A stretch of DNA of 64,000 nucleotides from Candidatus Poribacteria bacterium (GTDB lineage: Bacteria > Poribacteria > WGA-4E > PCPOR2b). This document shows positions 9,700 through 20,053 of the stretch, one piece after another (within the stretch, counting starts at the first letter, position 1; each line of letters opens with the position of its first letter). The DNA is taken from contig OZ220744.1 of NCBI GenBank assembly GCA_965116925.1, positions 4,576,001-4,640,000 of the forward strand. The letters run 5' to 3'. Below the pieces are notes generated by a model that was given only the letters and a program-made list of their open reading frames with translations, made no database searches and was not told where the DNA came from. The position numbers and the translations under genes were made by a program.

Positions 9700-10201
9700 C
9701 TAAAATGTCCGTCCACTTGCCTGAATGAACGGTTTGAGTTCTGTGACCAATTGCCGGAATTTGTCTGGGCGGAGCGATTGCGCCCCATCGGACAATGCGT
9801 TTTCAGGATCCGGATGCACTTCGATCATCAGTCCGTCCGCCCCTGCGGCGACCGCAGCCTTTGCCATTGGATTGACATATTCCCAATGCCCTGTCCCGTG
9901 GCTCGGATCGGCGATGATAGGCAGGTGACTCATCTTCTTGATTACCGGAATTGCATTCAGGTCAAAGGTGTTCCGCGTCGCCGTTTCAAAGGTACGGATG
10001 CCCCGCTCGCACAGGATGACGTTGTAATTCCCTTCGGAGAGGATATAGCAGCTCATGCTTGCCGCGTTCGTCCCCAATCGCTGCGATGACGGTATGCTTT
10101 GTGCCCTGAATAGGATGGGGTGTATAGTTGAGTTCCCTGATTTGAGCGATGACAGCGTCAATAGATTGTTGTTCCGCTCCTACTTTCATCACGATGACCA
10201 T
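9700..10201 (-). pseudogene. aroF: DAHP synthase (type I-beta) with a large internal deletion and frameshift
   Basis: The N-terminal regulatory part (MVIVMK...AAIGDERGK) is joined out of frame near 10050 to the C-terminal part ([38 protein letters not shown]). The central KPRT region is absent. Confidence 0.85.
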
Positions 10202-10261
10202 GATGTGTCTCCTTGATCAATCCGTTTTACTTTCACTAATGGTGGTTTTGGAAGAGCCAAC

Positions 10262-10369
10262 TATAGTGGATCTTAGAATTAATGAGACACGCCAAACCGG
10301 CGCAGTTGGAAACAGCGCCTACCAAATACGGGGGGCGAAAGTGTTTCTTTATTTTTAGAATTCACCATA
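10262..10369. mobile_element. 108-bp MITE-like element, copy 2
   Basis: Same ends and body as copy 1; supplies the stop codon of ORF 10355-11947. Confidence 0.75.
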
Positions 10370-11947
10370 AGTTTGGCTCAAACTCACCCGCTCGATTTTT
10401 CCTGATTCAATCTGTAAGTCACGCCAATCGGAATTTGCATCCGTTTTCACTTTTGGTCGCCAAGAGAAGGATACCGTTGAATTGCCACCATTATAGAATA
10501 CCACATCCCCGTAACCCTCCATAGGCGGTCGTATCAGTGATAGGAGATTCCGAGGTAGGCAATGCTCACCGTCCTGCGTTCGTACTTCCAAGGTCGGCAC
10601 AACCGCGCTCTGGATTTCACGCGTACCAAGCAGAAGAGGCCCGTAGCACGAGGTGACGGCTCCATGTCCCCAATTCCGTCCATGTCCTGCTGCAACTGAG
10701 CAGACGGCACCGCCCATATCCGCGTGTTCCCTGCCGCCGCGAAGCACTCTCCGTGCGATCTTCAGGCGCGTGGAGGCACTTTGGAATGCCCGCATCGCAA
10801 ACTCCGGATTACCGCTGAGTTGGTAAGCGAGGGTCATGGCTGCTGTTGATGGTTCTCGAATCGGCTGCACCGAACCGTCGTCCGACCATTCGCCCCAATA
10901 TGCCATATCTGCACGGCGACCGACGCCGTGCTCCCGTCGTCGGACCTCCTGCGGAAAGATGAGGGCCAGGTGTCTTGGTATAGGTGGCATCCCTACCAGT
11001 TGACCGCGCATAGGCTGATCAAAAGTCGTGTCCTGAAATGTGCGGCGATAGTAACTGATTGCAGCAGCAGCAGGATCATGGTACGGATCAAGTACGGATT
11101 CAACGAGTGGTTCGACAATTCGTTTTGCCGCATCTCTGAAAATTGTATCTTCCGACAGATGGTAGAGATCGCCTAGCGCATAAATCGCACCGGAGGCGAG
11201 GAGATTTTCAATTCCCGCCAACGGATCGCCTGAGAGGTGATGCGTGCCGTGAGCGGCTATCCCGTGTAGATTTCTCTCTTCAACTTCCGCTTCGCCCACG
11301 CCATTTCCGTCCAAATCCCAGAGCAGGGGCATTGGTGACTTAGCAGCGATAATTCGCTCTGCCCGTTTCTGACCATAGCGCAGCGACCAATCGAGGTAGC
11401 GTTCCTCTCCCGTGATTCGATATGCTGCGAGGGCGATATGGATGAATCGGAAGTGCTCGGCAAGTTCATACGCCGTATCTGCATCGTTATGGACTGTTCG
11501 GCTGCCAATGTAGTAGCCGCAAAACGTGTCGCGGTCATAGTCGTACCAAGCGGGGATCTCCCCCACCCAATTCCCGATGTGCTCGGCGGCATCCATCAGC
11601 ATTGAGCGCGCTTCCTGATCGTCCGGCACAAGATCTATGTATCGTGGTAGGAATAGCAGAAACGGCTCCGTGCCGTGGTGCGCTTCCGCCTCCGGTTCAT
11701 AGCCGTGCAGACATTCGCGTTCAATCCAACCTGCCAATGCGGATTTCAGGTTTCCGAAATGTTTCAAAACGGTTTTATCGCCGGTCACAAGGTAGTGTGG
11801 AAACCACGCTAGGGCGTAGTTGGCTTCGTCTTCGCCGCCGCCGTTTGGTCCGGGCGGATCGAGCACCATGCTCTGCTTCAGCCATTGATCCATCTCCTTA
11901 CGGAGATCTACATAGTATTCGTAGCATTCTTGAAGGGTATTGTTCAT
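10355..11947 (-). CDS. Hypothetical protein (possibly an alpha/alpha-barrel glycosidase-like fold)
   Basis: 530-aa ORF with RBS in an operon; helical 'AAYRITGEERYL'-type segments. Confidence 0.6.
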   Translation of the reverse strand: MNNTLQECYEYYVDLRKEMDQWLKQSMVLDPPGPNGGGEDEANYALAWFPHYLVTGDKTVLKHFGNLKSALAGWIERECLHGYEPEAEAHHGTEPFLLFLPRYIDLVPDDQEARSMLMDAAEHIGNWVGEIPAWYDYDRDTFCGYYIGSRTVHNDADTAYELAEHFRFIHIALAAYRITGEERYLDWSLRYGQKRAERIIAAKSPMPLLWDLDGNGVGEAEVEERNLHGIAAHGTHHLSGDPLAGIENLLASGAIYALGDLYHLSEDTIFRDAAKRIVEPLVESVLDPYHDPAAAAISYYRRTFQDTTFDQPMRGQLVGMPPIPRHLALIFPQEVRRREHGVGRRADMAYWGEWSDDGSVQPIREPSTAAMTLAYQLSGNPEFAMRAFQSASTRLKIARRVLRGGREHADMGGAVCSVAAGHGRNWGHGAVTSCYGPLLLGTREIQSAVVPTLEVRTQDGEHCLPRNLLSLIRPPMEGYGDVVFYNGGNSTVSFSWRPKVKTDANSDWRDLQIESGKIERVSLSQTYGEF

Positions 11948-11969
11948 TGGGTCCTCTCACAAGTTTAGG

Positions 11970-12983
11970 TCAAGCCTCTAACGGTGCTGGCAATTCAGGT
12001 AGGTATTGGTATTCCGGATCGGTTTCTTGTATCTTTAGGATCGTAATAATTTCCTTCCAGGTCTCATACAGACCGGTCGGACAATACGGAAGTTCATGTT
12101 TAATTAGCCTGTGCAATTTCCCTAGGTTGTAGCATGGGACTGCGGCATACATGTGGTGTTCTATGTGAAAATTCATGTGCCAGTATAGGAACTGAACCAA
12201 CGGATTAAGGATAATCGTCCGACAGCAGAGCCGGAAATCGGGCACATTATCCGTAAGTCCTACATGTTGGGTGGTATTGCAGAGGAAGAGGAGCCAGCCA
12301 CCGTATGCCGGAGCTAATGTAATAAGGACCGGCACCAGCCAGAGACCAAAGTAGAGCGAAATACCGACGATTAGGGCATGGCCCACGAGTTGGGTGCGAG
12401 CCCAGTTGAATAACTCCCGTCGTTTCTCCATATCCGACTCGGGAAACATGACTGTTTTTTCATGATCATCTAACTTGCCGAGACTGAGTCGAATAATCGA
12501 TTTCCACCGAGCGTAGAACCCCCATGGGTTCACAACCGCACTTTTGAGGAAGCCGGTGAATGTCAACTTTACTGGGAACACGACTTCATAATCGTCCGGA
12601 GGGTGCAGGGTATATTTGTGATGTTCGGAGTGGCTCGCCCAGAACCGAACGTGATTATATGCGCCAAGAAAACTAAAGATTCGCAGGAAGAAGACATTCA
12701 AGAATCTCGTCTTAAAAACCGAGTTGTGAACCAGTTCATGGAATCCGTTCAGGAGGAATGCCCAGATGGTTCCATGGAGGAATAGAATTAACAGTAATAC
12801 CGGCAACGGCAAGTGCGCTGCGGCGTAGAAAGCGGCGGTTCCTGTCAGTGCAAGTAATCCAAGGTGACCGAGGGTTTGGAGCATTCCTTTCCAATCGCTG
12901 CGTTGGTTGAGAGATCTAAATACTTCACGGTCAATCTGTGGTCTATACCAATTAATTTTTCGTTGATCTGCGTCATTGTTCAT
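11970..12983 (-). CDS. Membrane fatty-acid-desaturase-family di-iron enzyme (MocD-like)
   Basis: Three His boxes: HELVH, HSEHH, HIEHH; transmembrane segments. Confidence 0.85.
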   Translation of the reverse strand: MNNDADQRKINWYRPQIDREVFRSLNQRSDWKGMLQTLGHLGLLALTGTAAFYAAAHLPLPVLLLILFLHGTIWAFLLNGFHELVHNSVFKTRFLNVFFLRIFSFLGAYNHVRFWASHSEHHKYTLHPPDDYEVVFPVKLTFTGFLKSAVVNPWGFYARWKSIIRLSLGKLDDHEKTVMFPESDMEKRRELFNWARTQLVGHALIVGISLYFGLWLVPVLITLAPAYGGWLLFLCNTTQHVGLTDNVPDFRLCCRTIILNPLVQFLYWHMNFHIEHHMYAAVPCYNLGKLHRLIKHELPYCPTGLYETWKEIITILKIQETDPEYQYLPELPAPLEA

Positions 12984-13058
12984 GTGGCGTGTTTCCTTTC
13001 GTTTTGTTGGTAGAGGGAACGTACAAATTTGCTCTTACAGTAGCCTACGGTGTCTTCT

Positions 13059-13988
13059 TTACCCGCCTGCCTCGACTTGTTCAATAAGCGGCTTGAGATT
13101 AGCAAAGTTAATTCGCATTGCGTCTGCGCCGGAGCCATTCGATGGCAGGTAGTGTGTGGCGACTGCAAAAACGACATCACAGCGGTAGTCGCGGAGATTA
13201 CGCAGCACTGTCAGGTAATCGACATCACCTTCGCCCAACGGGCAGTACTCAAAATCAAGTTTTAAGCCGTCATTGACGCGCAAATCCTTCACATGGAGCG
13301 AATGGAGATAAGGGCACACATTCATAAAGCCTGTTGTCGCCGAATCCAATTCGCCGACGGTCAGGTTATCGGACGGATGCCACATAATTTTAATCCGCTC
13401 GGAGCCAACCCGTTCAACAAGCGCGCGACAGTGGTTGGTGGTGTTAGTATAGTGCCACGGCAGATTGGCGAGGACAACATCAATGTTATATTTTTCAGCT
13501 TCATCCGCCACGATCGCGAATATTCTGACCAATTTTTCCATATCAACGTCGGTGATGATACCTCCTCGCGTCAGCCAACGCATGGGCCATGTCGGCTTGC
13601 CGGCTGAATATTCGCCGGGCCATGCGAAAGTGTAAGCCAACACCGAATCCGCGCCAATACGGTTGGCAGCTCGCATACTCTGAGTGAGGAGATTAAAGTC
13701 TTTTCGGAACTCAGGATGGTCCTGCAGCGTGTCTAACTCTAGATCTGCCAAGTGGATATGACCAAAAGCACCACCGGTGCCAAGCATAAACAGTTCGACC
13801 CCGTGTCGGGCAGCTCGCTCACCAAGCTGATCGACGCTGGCATCGGTTACTTCACCACCGATTGCCCAGTCGAGGTCAGTGAACCAACCATACTTTGCGC
13901 CGAGCTCCTCCGCTAGGGCAAGTTCTTGGTCAAAAGGTAAGCCTGTCATTTGAAGAAACATCCCAATTTTGAATCGGTAGTCGGCCAT
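13059..13988 (-). CDS. Sugar phosphate isomerase/epimerase family protein
   Basis: LHVKD and PLGEGDVDY motifs. Confidence 0.75.
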   Translation of the reverse strand: MADYRFKIGMFLQMTGLPFDQELALAEELGAKYGWFTDLDWAIGGEVTDASVDQLGERAARHGVELFMLGTGGAFGHIHLADLELDTLQDHPEFRKDFNLLTQSMRAANRIGADSVLAYTFAWPGEYSAGKPTWPMRWLTRGGIITDVDMEKLVRIFAIVADEAEKYNIDVVLANLPWHYTNTTNHCRALVERVGSERIKIMWHPSDNLTVGELDSATTGFMNVCPYLHSLHVKDLRVNDGLKLDFEYCPLGEGDVDYLTVLRNLRDYRCDVVFAVATHYLPSNGSGADAMRINFANLKPLIEQVEAGG

Positions 13989-14186
13989 CGGTTATCATCT
14001 CCTGTTCACGTTGTCGTCGCCGCTATATTGACAGACGCATTATACCACAAAATTCTCAAAAATTCCTAATCGCTGTTGACATTTGACGTATTTTATACAT
14101 CTGTCGTCTGATTGGAGTTTTGGAGATCGGGCAAGATGCCCGACCTGCGGATATAGGAGGTTGATTTTCTAAACTAGCAACGTGGG

Positions 14187-16127
14187 TTAGTATATAAACC
14201 CATACATTCGTCTGCTAAGTATAACACCCAGTATGCTCCAGAAACTGGCAAGCGTGAATTCTCCTAAAATTAAACCAAGGAAGAAATATATGGCTCGGCG
14301 GTGCCCCTTCAGTCCTCCATATTTGAGGATGATCCATTTGGCGAACCAGCTAAGGAAAATAGAGAACCAGAAGGGGTTTATCGCATAGCCAGCCGATATA
14401 ACGTACCCTGCGGGGTGAAGTCCCCACCATAGAAATCTCATCCGCATTGCCATAAGGAAGATAACGCTGACAAACCCGGTGAGCATACTAGCTAAGTCAC
14501 TTGTCCTACCTTCTGTGGGAAAGGTGAGCCACTGTTCAAGCCGGCGAAAACCATCAGCAGCAAAACGCATCAGTGAACTTCCACCGTCCTTGTATCCGAT
14601 ATGCAGGTAAATCCAGAAGAATATCAACGCACTGAATACCATGGCTATGAGTATTGCAGAGAGTAATATTCTATTATTTAGTCTGGCTTCGTGTGCGAGT
14701 TTGAAGGACTCAAGCTGGTGCGGCATTGGATGTGGTCTGTAGGTACGGTTGAAGTAAAAGAAAAAGGAAAGTATCGTTAGGTTGGCAGCTCCAATACTTC
14801 GTGTGCCAAGCGCATTAACCATCATGATTGGTGGGTCGCCATAAGCAAAGTCGTGTATGGGGGTCCCAAATTCTACGCGTATTCGGGTGATGGCTATTGA
14901 GAAGGCAAGGTACAACAGAAAGAACAGCAGAATGACCCCTATCGACATCCCGGCTCTGTAGCAAAATAGGGTGATGAATGCCATCCCACCAAGGATTCCG
15001 CAGATCGCCCATCTGTACCGGATCGGTTCATGAGAATCATCAATTCCCCTTTTACCGATGATTGTTTTGAACACACGCACGAGATGCCTTCGACTCAGCC
15101 AGAGTGCGATGACTGCTATCCCCATAGCGCCTCCAAAGGTCTGCTGGTTCAGTTGTGCGAGATAGAAAGAGCCACTCAGTCCAGCGACTCCACGAAAACC
15201 GATCATGCTTCCGACAACTTTCTGGGCTTTCCAGAATAGATAGAAAAACCAGCAGGAAAAGGACATATCCAAGGGCATAAAGAAGGCAAGTCCTGCAATA
15301 CAGGGAACAAGCCCTACGGGCATCCAGCCGACAGCATTCCACGGCTTTTCTGTTAGATAGGCACCGATATTATGACGATAAGGGTTGAAACCGAGGTCGG
15401 GTATTACGGGATAGAGGTAATTGAGTCCGTTGATAAGGCTGATACCACCCCCAACGGTAAATCCAATCCACATCAGCTTATTAGCGAAAAAGCCTTCGCC
15501 AACCTTTGTCATTTCGAGTGGCAGTTGGATGATGGGATAGCTAAGTTTTTCTTCCTCAACCCACTGTCTCCTTATGACTACATTAATGCAGAGCATCACG
15601 AAAACCAAGACAATTGTAAAACTAACCCACGACAATGCCGGTACAAACCACCCCTCAATATACCGGAGGGTGTACAGACTGGAATCACCCTTGTAATAGG
15701 GTTCCAATATCCTTTTGTCACTTACCGCTATCCAAGTGGGGATATATTTATGAAAAAGGGTCCCCCAATCGTTCTCAATAGTTGCAAATCCAAAGGCGTG
15801 TTCTATGATGGGTGCGAGCGTCTGCATCATGTCAGTTGCACTTAAAGCTGATGCAATAGTCAACATCGCGTAGACGACAATCAAGTCGCCTTGGGAGAGG
15901 GAAATTTTAGGCAGGTACTTTCTCAGCAGTAGGTTCAGCGCAGCGAGGATGGAAATGAACAAAATGACGTTGAAGAACAGTGCCATGTTTGTAGAGACGG
16001 CTTGGTACTGGTAGGGTTGTTTGGCGAGGACAAGCCAATAGCTATTTAAGGGTATTAGGATTAACCCAATGGCGATTCCACGTAGCGTATTTCCCGATGA
16101 TTTCCTCGTCACCATGTCTTCTTCCAT
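14187..16127 (-). CDS. Large polytopic membrane protein (DUF6785/DUF6784-like, putative transporter)
   Basis: Many TM helices; EKLSYPIIQLP, ITRIRVEFG, YRPHPMPHQLE, WWGLHPAGY; paralog at 25730. Confidence 0.7.
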   Translation of the reverse strand: MEEDMVTRKSSGNTLRGIAIGLILIPLNSYWLVLAKQPYQYQAVSTNMALFFNVILFISILAALNLLLRKYLPKISLSQGDLIVVYAMLTIASALSATDMMQTLAPIIEHAFGFATIENDWGTLFHKYIPTWIAVSDKRILEPYYKGDSSLYTLRYIEGWFVPALSWVSFTIVLVFVMLCINVVIRRQWVEEEKLSYPIIQLPLEMTKVGEGFFANKLMWIGFTVGGGISLINGLNYLYPVIPDLGFNPYRHNIGAYLTEKPWNAVGWMPVGLVPCIAGLAFFMPLDMSFSCWFFYLFWKAQKVVGSMIGFRGVAGLSGSFYLAQLNQQTFGGAMGIAVIALWLSRRHLVRVFKTIIGKRGIDDSHEPIRYRWAICGILGGMAFITLFCYRAGMSIGVILLFFLLYLAFSIAITRIRVEFGTPIHDFAYGDPPIMMVNALGTRSIGAANLTILSFFFYFNRTYRPHPMPHQLESFKLAHEARLNNRILLSAILIAMVFSALIFFWIYLHIGYKDGGSSLMRFAADGFRRLEQWLTFPTEGRTSDLASMLTGFVSVIFLMAMRMRFLWWGLHPAGYVISAGYAINPFWFSIFLSWFAKWIILKYGGLKGHRRAIYFFLGLILGEFTLASFWSILGVILSRRMYGFIY

Positions 16128-16255
16128 AGAAGCTAGGCAGACAAAAGTTTAGGTCCCCGATTCTCGGAGGAGCACGACAGAAATCTGCTCAAACCGCGGA
16201 TTTCCGACCTCAAATTCAACGGGGTGTTGGATCGTTATTCTTTGTTTTTGTATCT

Positions 16256-17338
16256 TCACCCTATCCGCAGGCTCCGGTCTTCTAGTGGTAGATCTACTCG
16301 CACATTACCGCGTCGATGGGATTCGCGCATACCGATAGCAATCTCTAAAGCCTCTCTACCAAACTCTCCCGGACAGATTTGTTCTTCCCCGAGTTCGATA
16401 GATTTGCAAACCCCTTCCATAGCGTCCACCAGTGAGCTACGTGGATGCCAAGGATTGGGAAATTGACACTGAATGGGGCTGCCGTCTTCCGGATGCGTGC
16501 TCCAGAGTTCAAACTGTGCGTGGGCATTGCGCGAGACGATGCGTCCTTTGTCTCCGAGAAATTCCAGCGTCCATCCAAACCTTGAAGTGTCAGTTCGGCT
16601 GTTCATATATGTCCGCACACCGTTCTCGTAAACGATGTATCCGGTTCCGGAAAGATCTTGATCGGCTGCGGCTGCTTCATCGCTATCCATCACACCGAAA
16701 ACCCACTTGGCGGGCGCACCGGCGAAGAGACGGAGGAGGGCAAAGGTATGGCTGTGCAGGTTTGACAGACTGGAGGTGCTATGGCAGATCATCGATCGCA
16801 GTTCGCCAATTGCTCCGTCCGCGATTGCCTGTCGTGCATTGGTGTACCAGTTGTACCAGTTGAGGTGACAGGCAATTGCTAGAATCGTGCCGTGCTTCTG
16901 ACACGCTTCAATCATGGCATCCGCTTCGGCAAGGCTAGGACACATTGGCTTGGTAGCAAAGATTGCTTTGACGCCCAGCTCTGCCAAGCCGATGGTAACC
17001 TCTGCCCGTTCCGCTGGTCGGGTTGTCACAGAAACAATATCAGGTTGCTCTTTTTCGACCATCTCGTGGTAGTCGGTGTAAAGGGCTTCGACCCCCCAAC
17101 GCCGTTTGAAATCATCGAGTTTTGATTGGTCGACATCCGCAGCGGCAATCAGATCGACGTTTCTTGCTTCAAGCATCCCCGGTGCATGAGCAAAGGGCCA
17201 AGGGTAGTGTGGGTTACCGATTACTTCATCGTCGATGGTGCTGCCCATCCTGCCACACCCAACAACGGCACCACGGTAAATACGTTTGGGTTCACTTTCG
17301 TTGATAACACGAAATGCTTCTCCTATAGGTTGAGCCAT
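16256..17338 (-). CDS. Gfo/Idh/MocA family oxidoreductase
   Basis: GCGRMG Rossmann motif, PDIVSV, TKPM. Confidence 0.9.
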   Translation of the reverse strand: MAQPIGEAFRVINESEPKRIYRGAVVGCGRMGSTIDDEVIGNPHYPWPFAHAPGMLEARNVDLIAAADVDQSKLDDFKRRWGVEALYTDYHEMVEKEQPDIVSVTTRPAERAEVTIGLAELGVKAIFATKPMCPSLAEADAMIEACQKHGTILAIACHLNWYNWYTNARQAIADGAIGELRSMICHSTSSLSNLHSHTFALLRLFAGAPAKWVFGVMDSDEAAAADQDLSGTGYIVYENGVRTYMNSRTDTSRFGWTLEFLGDKGRIVSRNAHAQFELWSTHPEDGSPIQCQFPNPWHPRSSLVDAMEGVCKSIELGEEQICPGEFGREALEIAIGMRESHRRGNVRVDLPLEDRSLRIG

Positions 17339-17390
17339 GCGATTTTCCCTTTCCTGATCTGAGTTGATTGGCGATTATGTTTGATGTGCG

Positions 17391-18389
17391 CTACCCACTG
17401 CTTAGGCTTCGATCGGCTAGGGGCAGTTCGAGTTTCTCACCACCCCGCAGGTGCGATTCCCGCATCGCGATACCGATTTCAAGGGCTTCACGCCCGTATT
17501 CCCCGGGACACAGCGTTTCTGTGCTTTCGTCGAGATCTTTAATGAGTGCTTCAATAGCGGCTTGCTGAGAACTAACGAAGCGCTTTGGGTTGGGAAACTG
17601 CCGGCGTACAGGTTCTCCGGTCTGAGTACTGATGGAGCGATCCGGGTAACGGGTCCACATCTCAAAGTCGGCGTGCTCGTTGCGGGAGGAGAGCCAACCG
17701 TCACTTCCGATGAAATCGAATTGATGCCAGCCACCGGTGGTGATGAATCCCCGTACATCATTCTCGTAGAGAATCATGCCGCTCCGCCTGTTATCACTGT
17801 CGATATGTCCAACGACCCACTTGGCGGGTGCATCGGCAAACAGGCGAAACAGGGAAAGGGTATGTCCGCCGTGCATGTAGCTACAAAGCATTGATGCTAG
17901 CTTACCAATCTCTCCCGCTCGAATGGCTTCTAGACAGGCTAAAAACCAAGGGCTCCAGTTTTGGTGACAGGCAATCACTAGAAGGACGTCATGCTTTCGA
18001 CACGCCTCGATCATCGCGTCAGCTTCAGCAAGACTTGGTGCTATCGGCTTGGTTGCATATATTGCCTTGACCCCACCCGCTTCCGCTGTCCCGATAACCA
18101 CCTCCGCTCGTTCCGCAGGCCGGGTGGTTACACTCACAATGTCAGGTTTCTCGTTGGCAAGCATTTGCCGATAGTCGGTGTAGAGAGCATTGACGCCCCA
18201 ACGGCGTTTGAAATCCTCCAACTGGTCCGGCAACAGGTCTACCCCTGCGACCAATTCCACTCCCTTTGCTTCGACGTAGGCGGGCGCATGCGCCATCGGA
18301 TAAAAAAAATGGGGTCGTACATCGTCTTCGTCGTCGATAGTGCTCCCAATCCGTCCACAACCGATAACAGCTGCTCGATAGGCTGCCAT
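17391..18389 (-). CDS. Gfo/Idh/MocA family oxidoreductase (tandem paralog)
   Basis: GCGRIG, PDIVSVTTRPAERAEV shared with its neighbour. Confidence 0.9.
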   Translation of the reverse strand: MAAYRAAVIGCGRIGSTIDDEDDVRPHFFYPMAHAPAYVEAKGVELVAGVDLLPDQLEDFKRRWGVNALYTDYRQMLANEKPDIVSVTTRPAERAEVVIGTAEAGGVKAIYATKPIAPSLAEADAMIEACRKHDVLLVIACHQNWSPWFLACLEAIRAGEIGKLASMLCSYMHGGHTLSLFRLFADAPAKWVVGHIDSDNRRSGMILYENDVRGFITTGGWHQFDFIGSDGWLSSRNEHADFEMWTRYPDRSISTQTGEPVRRQFPNPKRFVSSQQAAIEALIKDLDESTETLCPGEYGREALEIGIAMRESHLRGGEKLELPLADRSLSSG

Positions 18390-18442
18390 ATCAATTACCT
18401 CCTCAAGGCGCTCTAGCGGATATTTTTTTTAATCGTTCTGAT

Positions 18443-18510
18443 AAACAAAGAGGGCAATCCCCTTTGTGTAGTGACAGACTGCCACCGAAACAGCAAGGAG
18501 ATCACCCTCT
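18443..18510 (-). terminator. Possible terminator or stabilising hairpin downstream of a LamG gene
   Basis: AGAGGGTGATCTCCTTG / CAAAGGGGATTGCCCTCT imperfect stem followed by TTGTTT on the minus strand. Confidence 0.4.
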
Positions 18511-18552
18511 CAGATTGCTACTTTGATTTCACGCACGGAGTATATCCCGTGG

Positions 18553-19344
18553 TTAGTGTGAGGCTTTAATTTGTCCCCATGTTGTAGTAAGGCTGTTGGC
18601 AGGATTGACGGATAAGAATGCGTCTTGTCCTGTCTCCATATTTGCCTTAATCTCCTCTTCACTCAGCTGCCGCGTCCAGAAGCGGAATTCATCGAGGAGG
18701 CCTGTGTATGGGTTGTTCCCATCAACGCGCTGTCCGAGATGGATGCCGAAAGCCTGATTTCTGGTAACAGAAGCCTCGTCTCCCTTACCTGAGCCGACTT
18801 TTCTGCCATCAACATATATGTCGAGTGTAGCACCTCTGCGGACAAAAGCGTAATGGTGCCACTGGCCATCATTATACGCCTTTGGCGTTTCCACGATGGG
18901 GCCATTAGGTTCTACACCATCCCAGAAGAGACATGTGATATTATTTGGGGGATGCGTTCTGATCCAGAACTGCGGTTCGCCACCACCGACATTGAATCCC
19001 CATATTAAACTTCCAGCATTTGCCTGTTCGTCATAATTGAACCAAATCTCTGTAGAGAAGTCGTCAGCCCCAACATCCATGGAGTCATGCCAAGGCATGT
19101 CTACAAAGCTTTTGCCATCCAGTTCAATTGCGCCGCCGTGTTTTCCGTTGGCAACAAACTTGGCATCCTGAATTAACTTACCGTCATTTACCCCCAAGGG
19201 GCTCAAATCTTCTGCCACATTTCCCTTCCCTTCATCCATTGGGAGGTAGATAACCAAACCGTCAGTGTCTGCCGCGGTGTGTCCCACGATAGGTATAAAC
19301 ACAAGGACAATGACTAACAATGCTGCAATGACATAGTTAAACAT
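18553..19344 (-). CDS. Secreted LamG/concanavalin A-like domain protein
   Basis: AAGGAGG RBS before ATG 19344; signal peptide; DGQWHH, GLLDEFRFW; ends LTTTWGQIKASH. Confidence 0.88.
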   Translation of the reverse strand: MFNYVIAALLVIVLVFIPIVGHTAADTDGLVIYLPMDEGKGNVAEDLSPLGVNDGKLIQDAKFVANGKHGGAIELDGKSFVDMPWHDSMDVGADDFSTEIWFNYDEQANAGSLIWGFNVGGGEPQFWIRTHPPNNITCLFWDGVEPNGPIVETPKAYNDGQWHHYAFVRRGATLDIYVDGRKVGSGKGDEASVTRNQAFGIHLGQRVDGNNPYTGLLDEFRFWTRQLSEEEIKANMETGQDAFLSVNPANSLTTTWGQIKASH

Positions 19345-19797
19345 CAGTTGTTCCTCCTTTGACATATTCTCAGACCTAAAGGATTTGGCTACTTCCAAAT
19401 CCGTTTGTTAGTGAGATTTTGTTATTGATAACATTTGCTATTCAAAGGTAGTTTGACGGCGCCTTCCCGATGCAAGGTTGGGGCTGAGAAGCGTGCCATG
19501 GACAGTGTTCTGCCCACATTTACAAGAAGATATTGTAATCCCGGTTTTTATGCCTAGTGATTACAAACCATAGTAACCACGAAACCCTTGTAAATACAAG
19601 GGTTTGGTTTCGTTGGGTTGTCCCTATCTCCGGCTCTTGACGGAGCGGCCAAGTCCTTACGAAACCTCCGGTTTGGTTGTATCGCGCTGATGCATGCCAA
19701 ACCGTGAATCCACGATTCTGTAAACGTTATCTCCACGCAACGGAATCGGGAATACAGTTAGTCTATCTCCCAAAGCTAGAGCATTGGGTTCTATAAC

Positions 19798-19940
19798 TAT
19801 AGTGGACCTTAGAATTAATGAGACACTCAAAACCTGCGCAGTTGGAAACAGCACCTACCGGATTAGAGTGAATCCGGTGCGGTTACAAAACGCACCTACC
19901 GGGGGGCGAAAGTGGCTATTTATTTTTTCAATTCACTATA
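19798..19940. mobile_element. MITE-like element, copy 3 (143 bp, two internal REP units)
   Basis: Same termini as copy 1, plus an extra GGTGCGGTTACAAAACGCACCTACC unit. Confidence 0.75.
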
Positions 19941-20053
19941 AAGTGTCAAAAATTTTGAAGAATCGTGTTGTTCAACACGATGTTAAGTGCCAATCCATTA
20001 GAAGATAGTAATTGCGATTGAGAACGTTTTACCGGTCAATGCTATTAACGCGA

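Noticed and set aside
10040..10060. Programmed frameshift restoring aroF
   Set aside because: A fused product would still lack about half the enzyme, including catalytic motifs.
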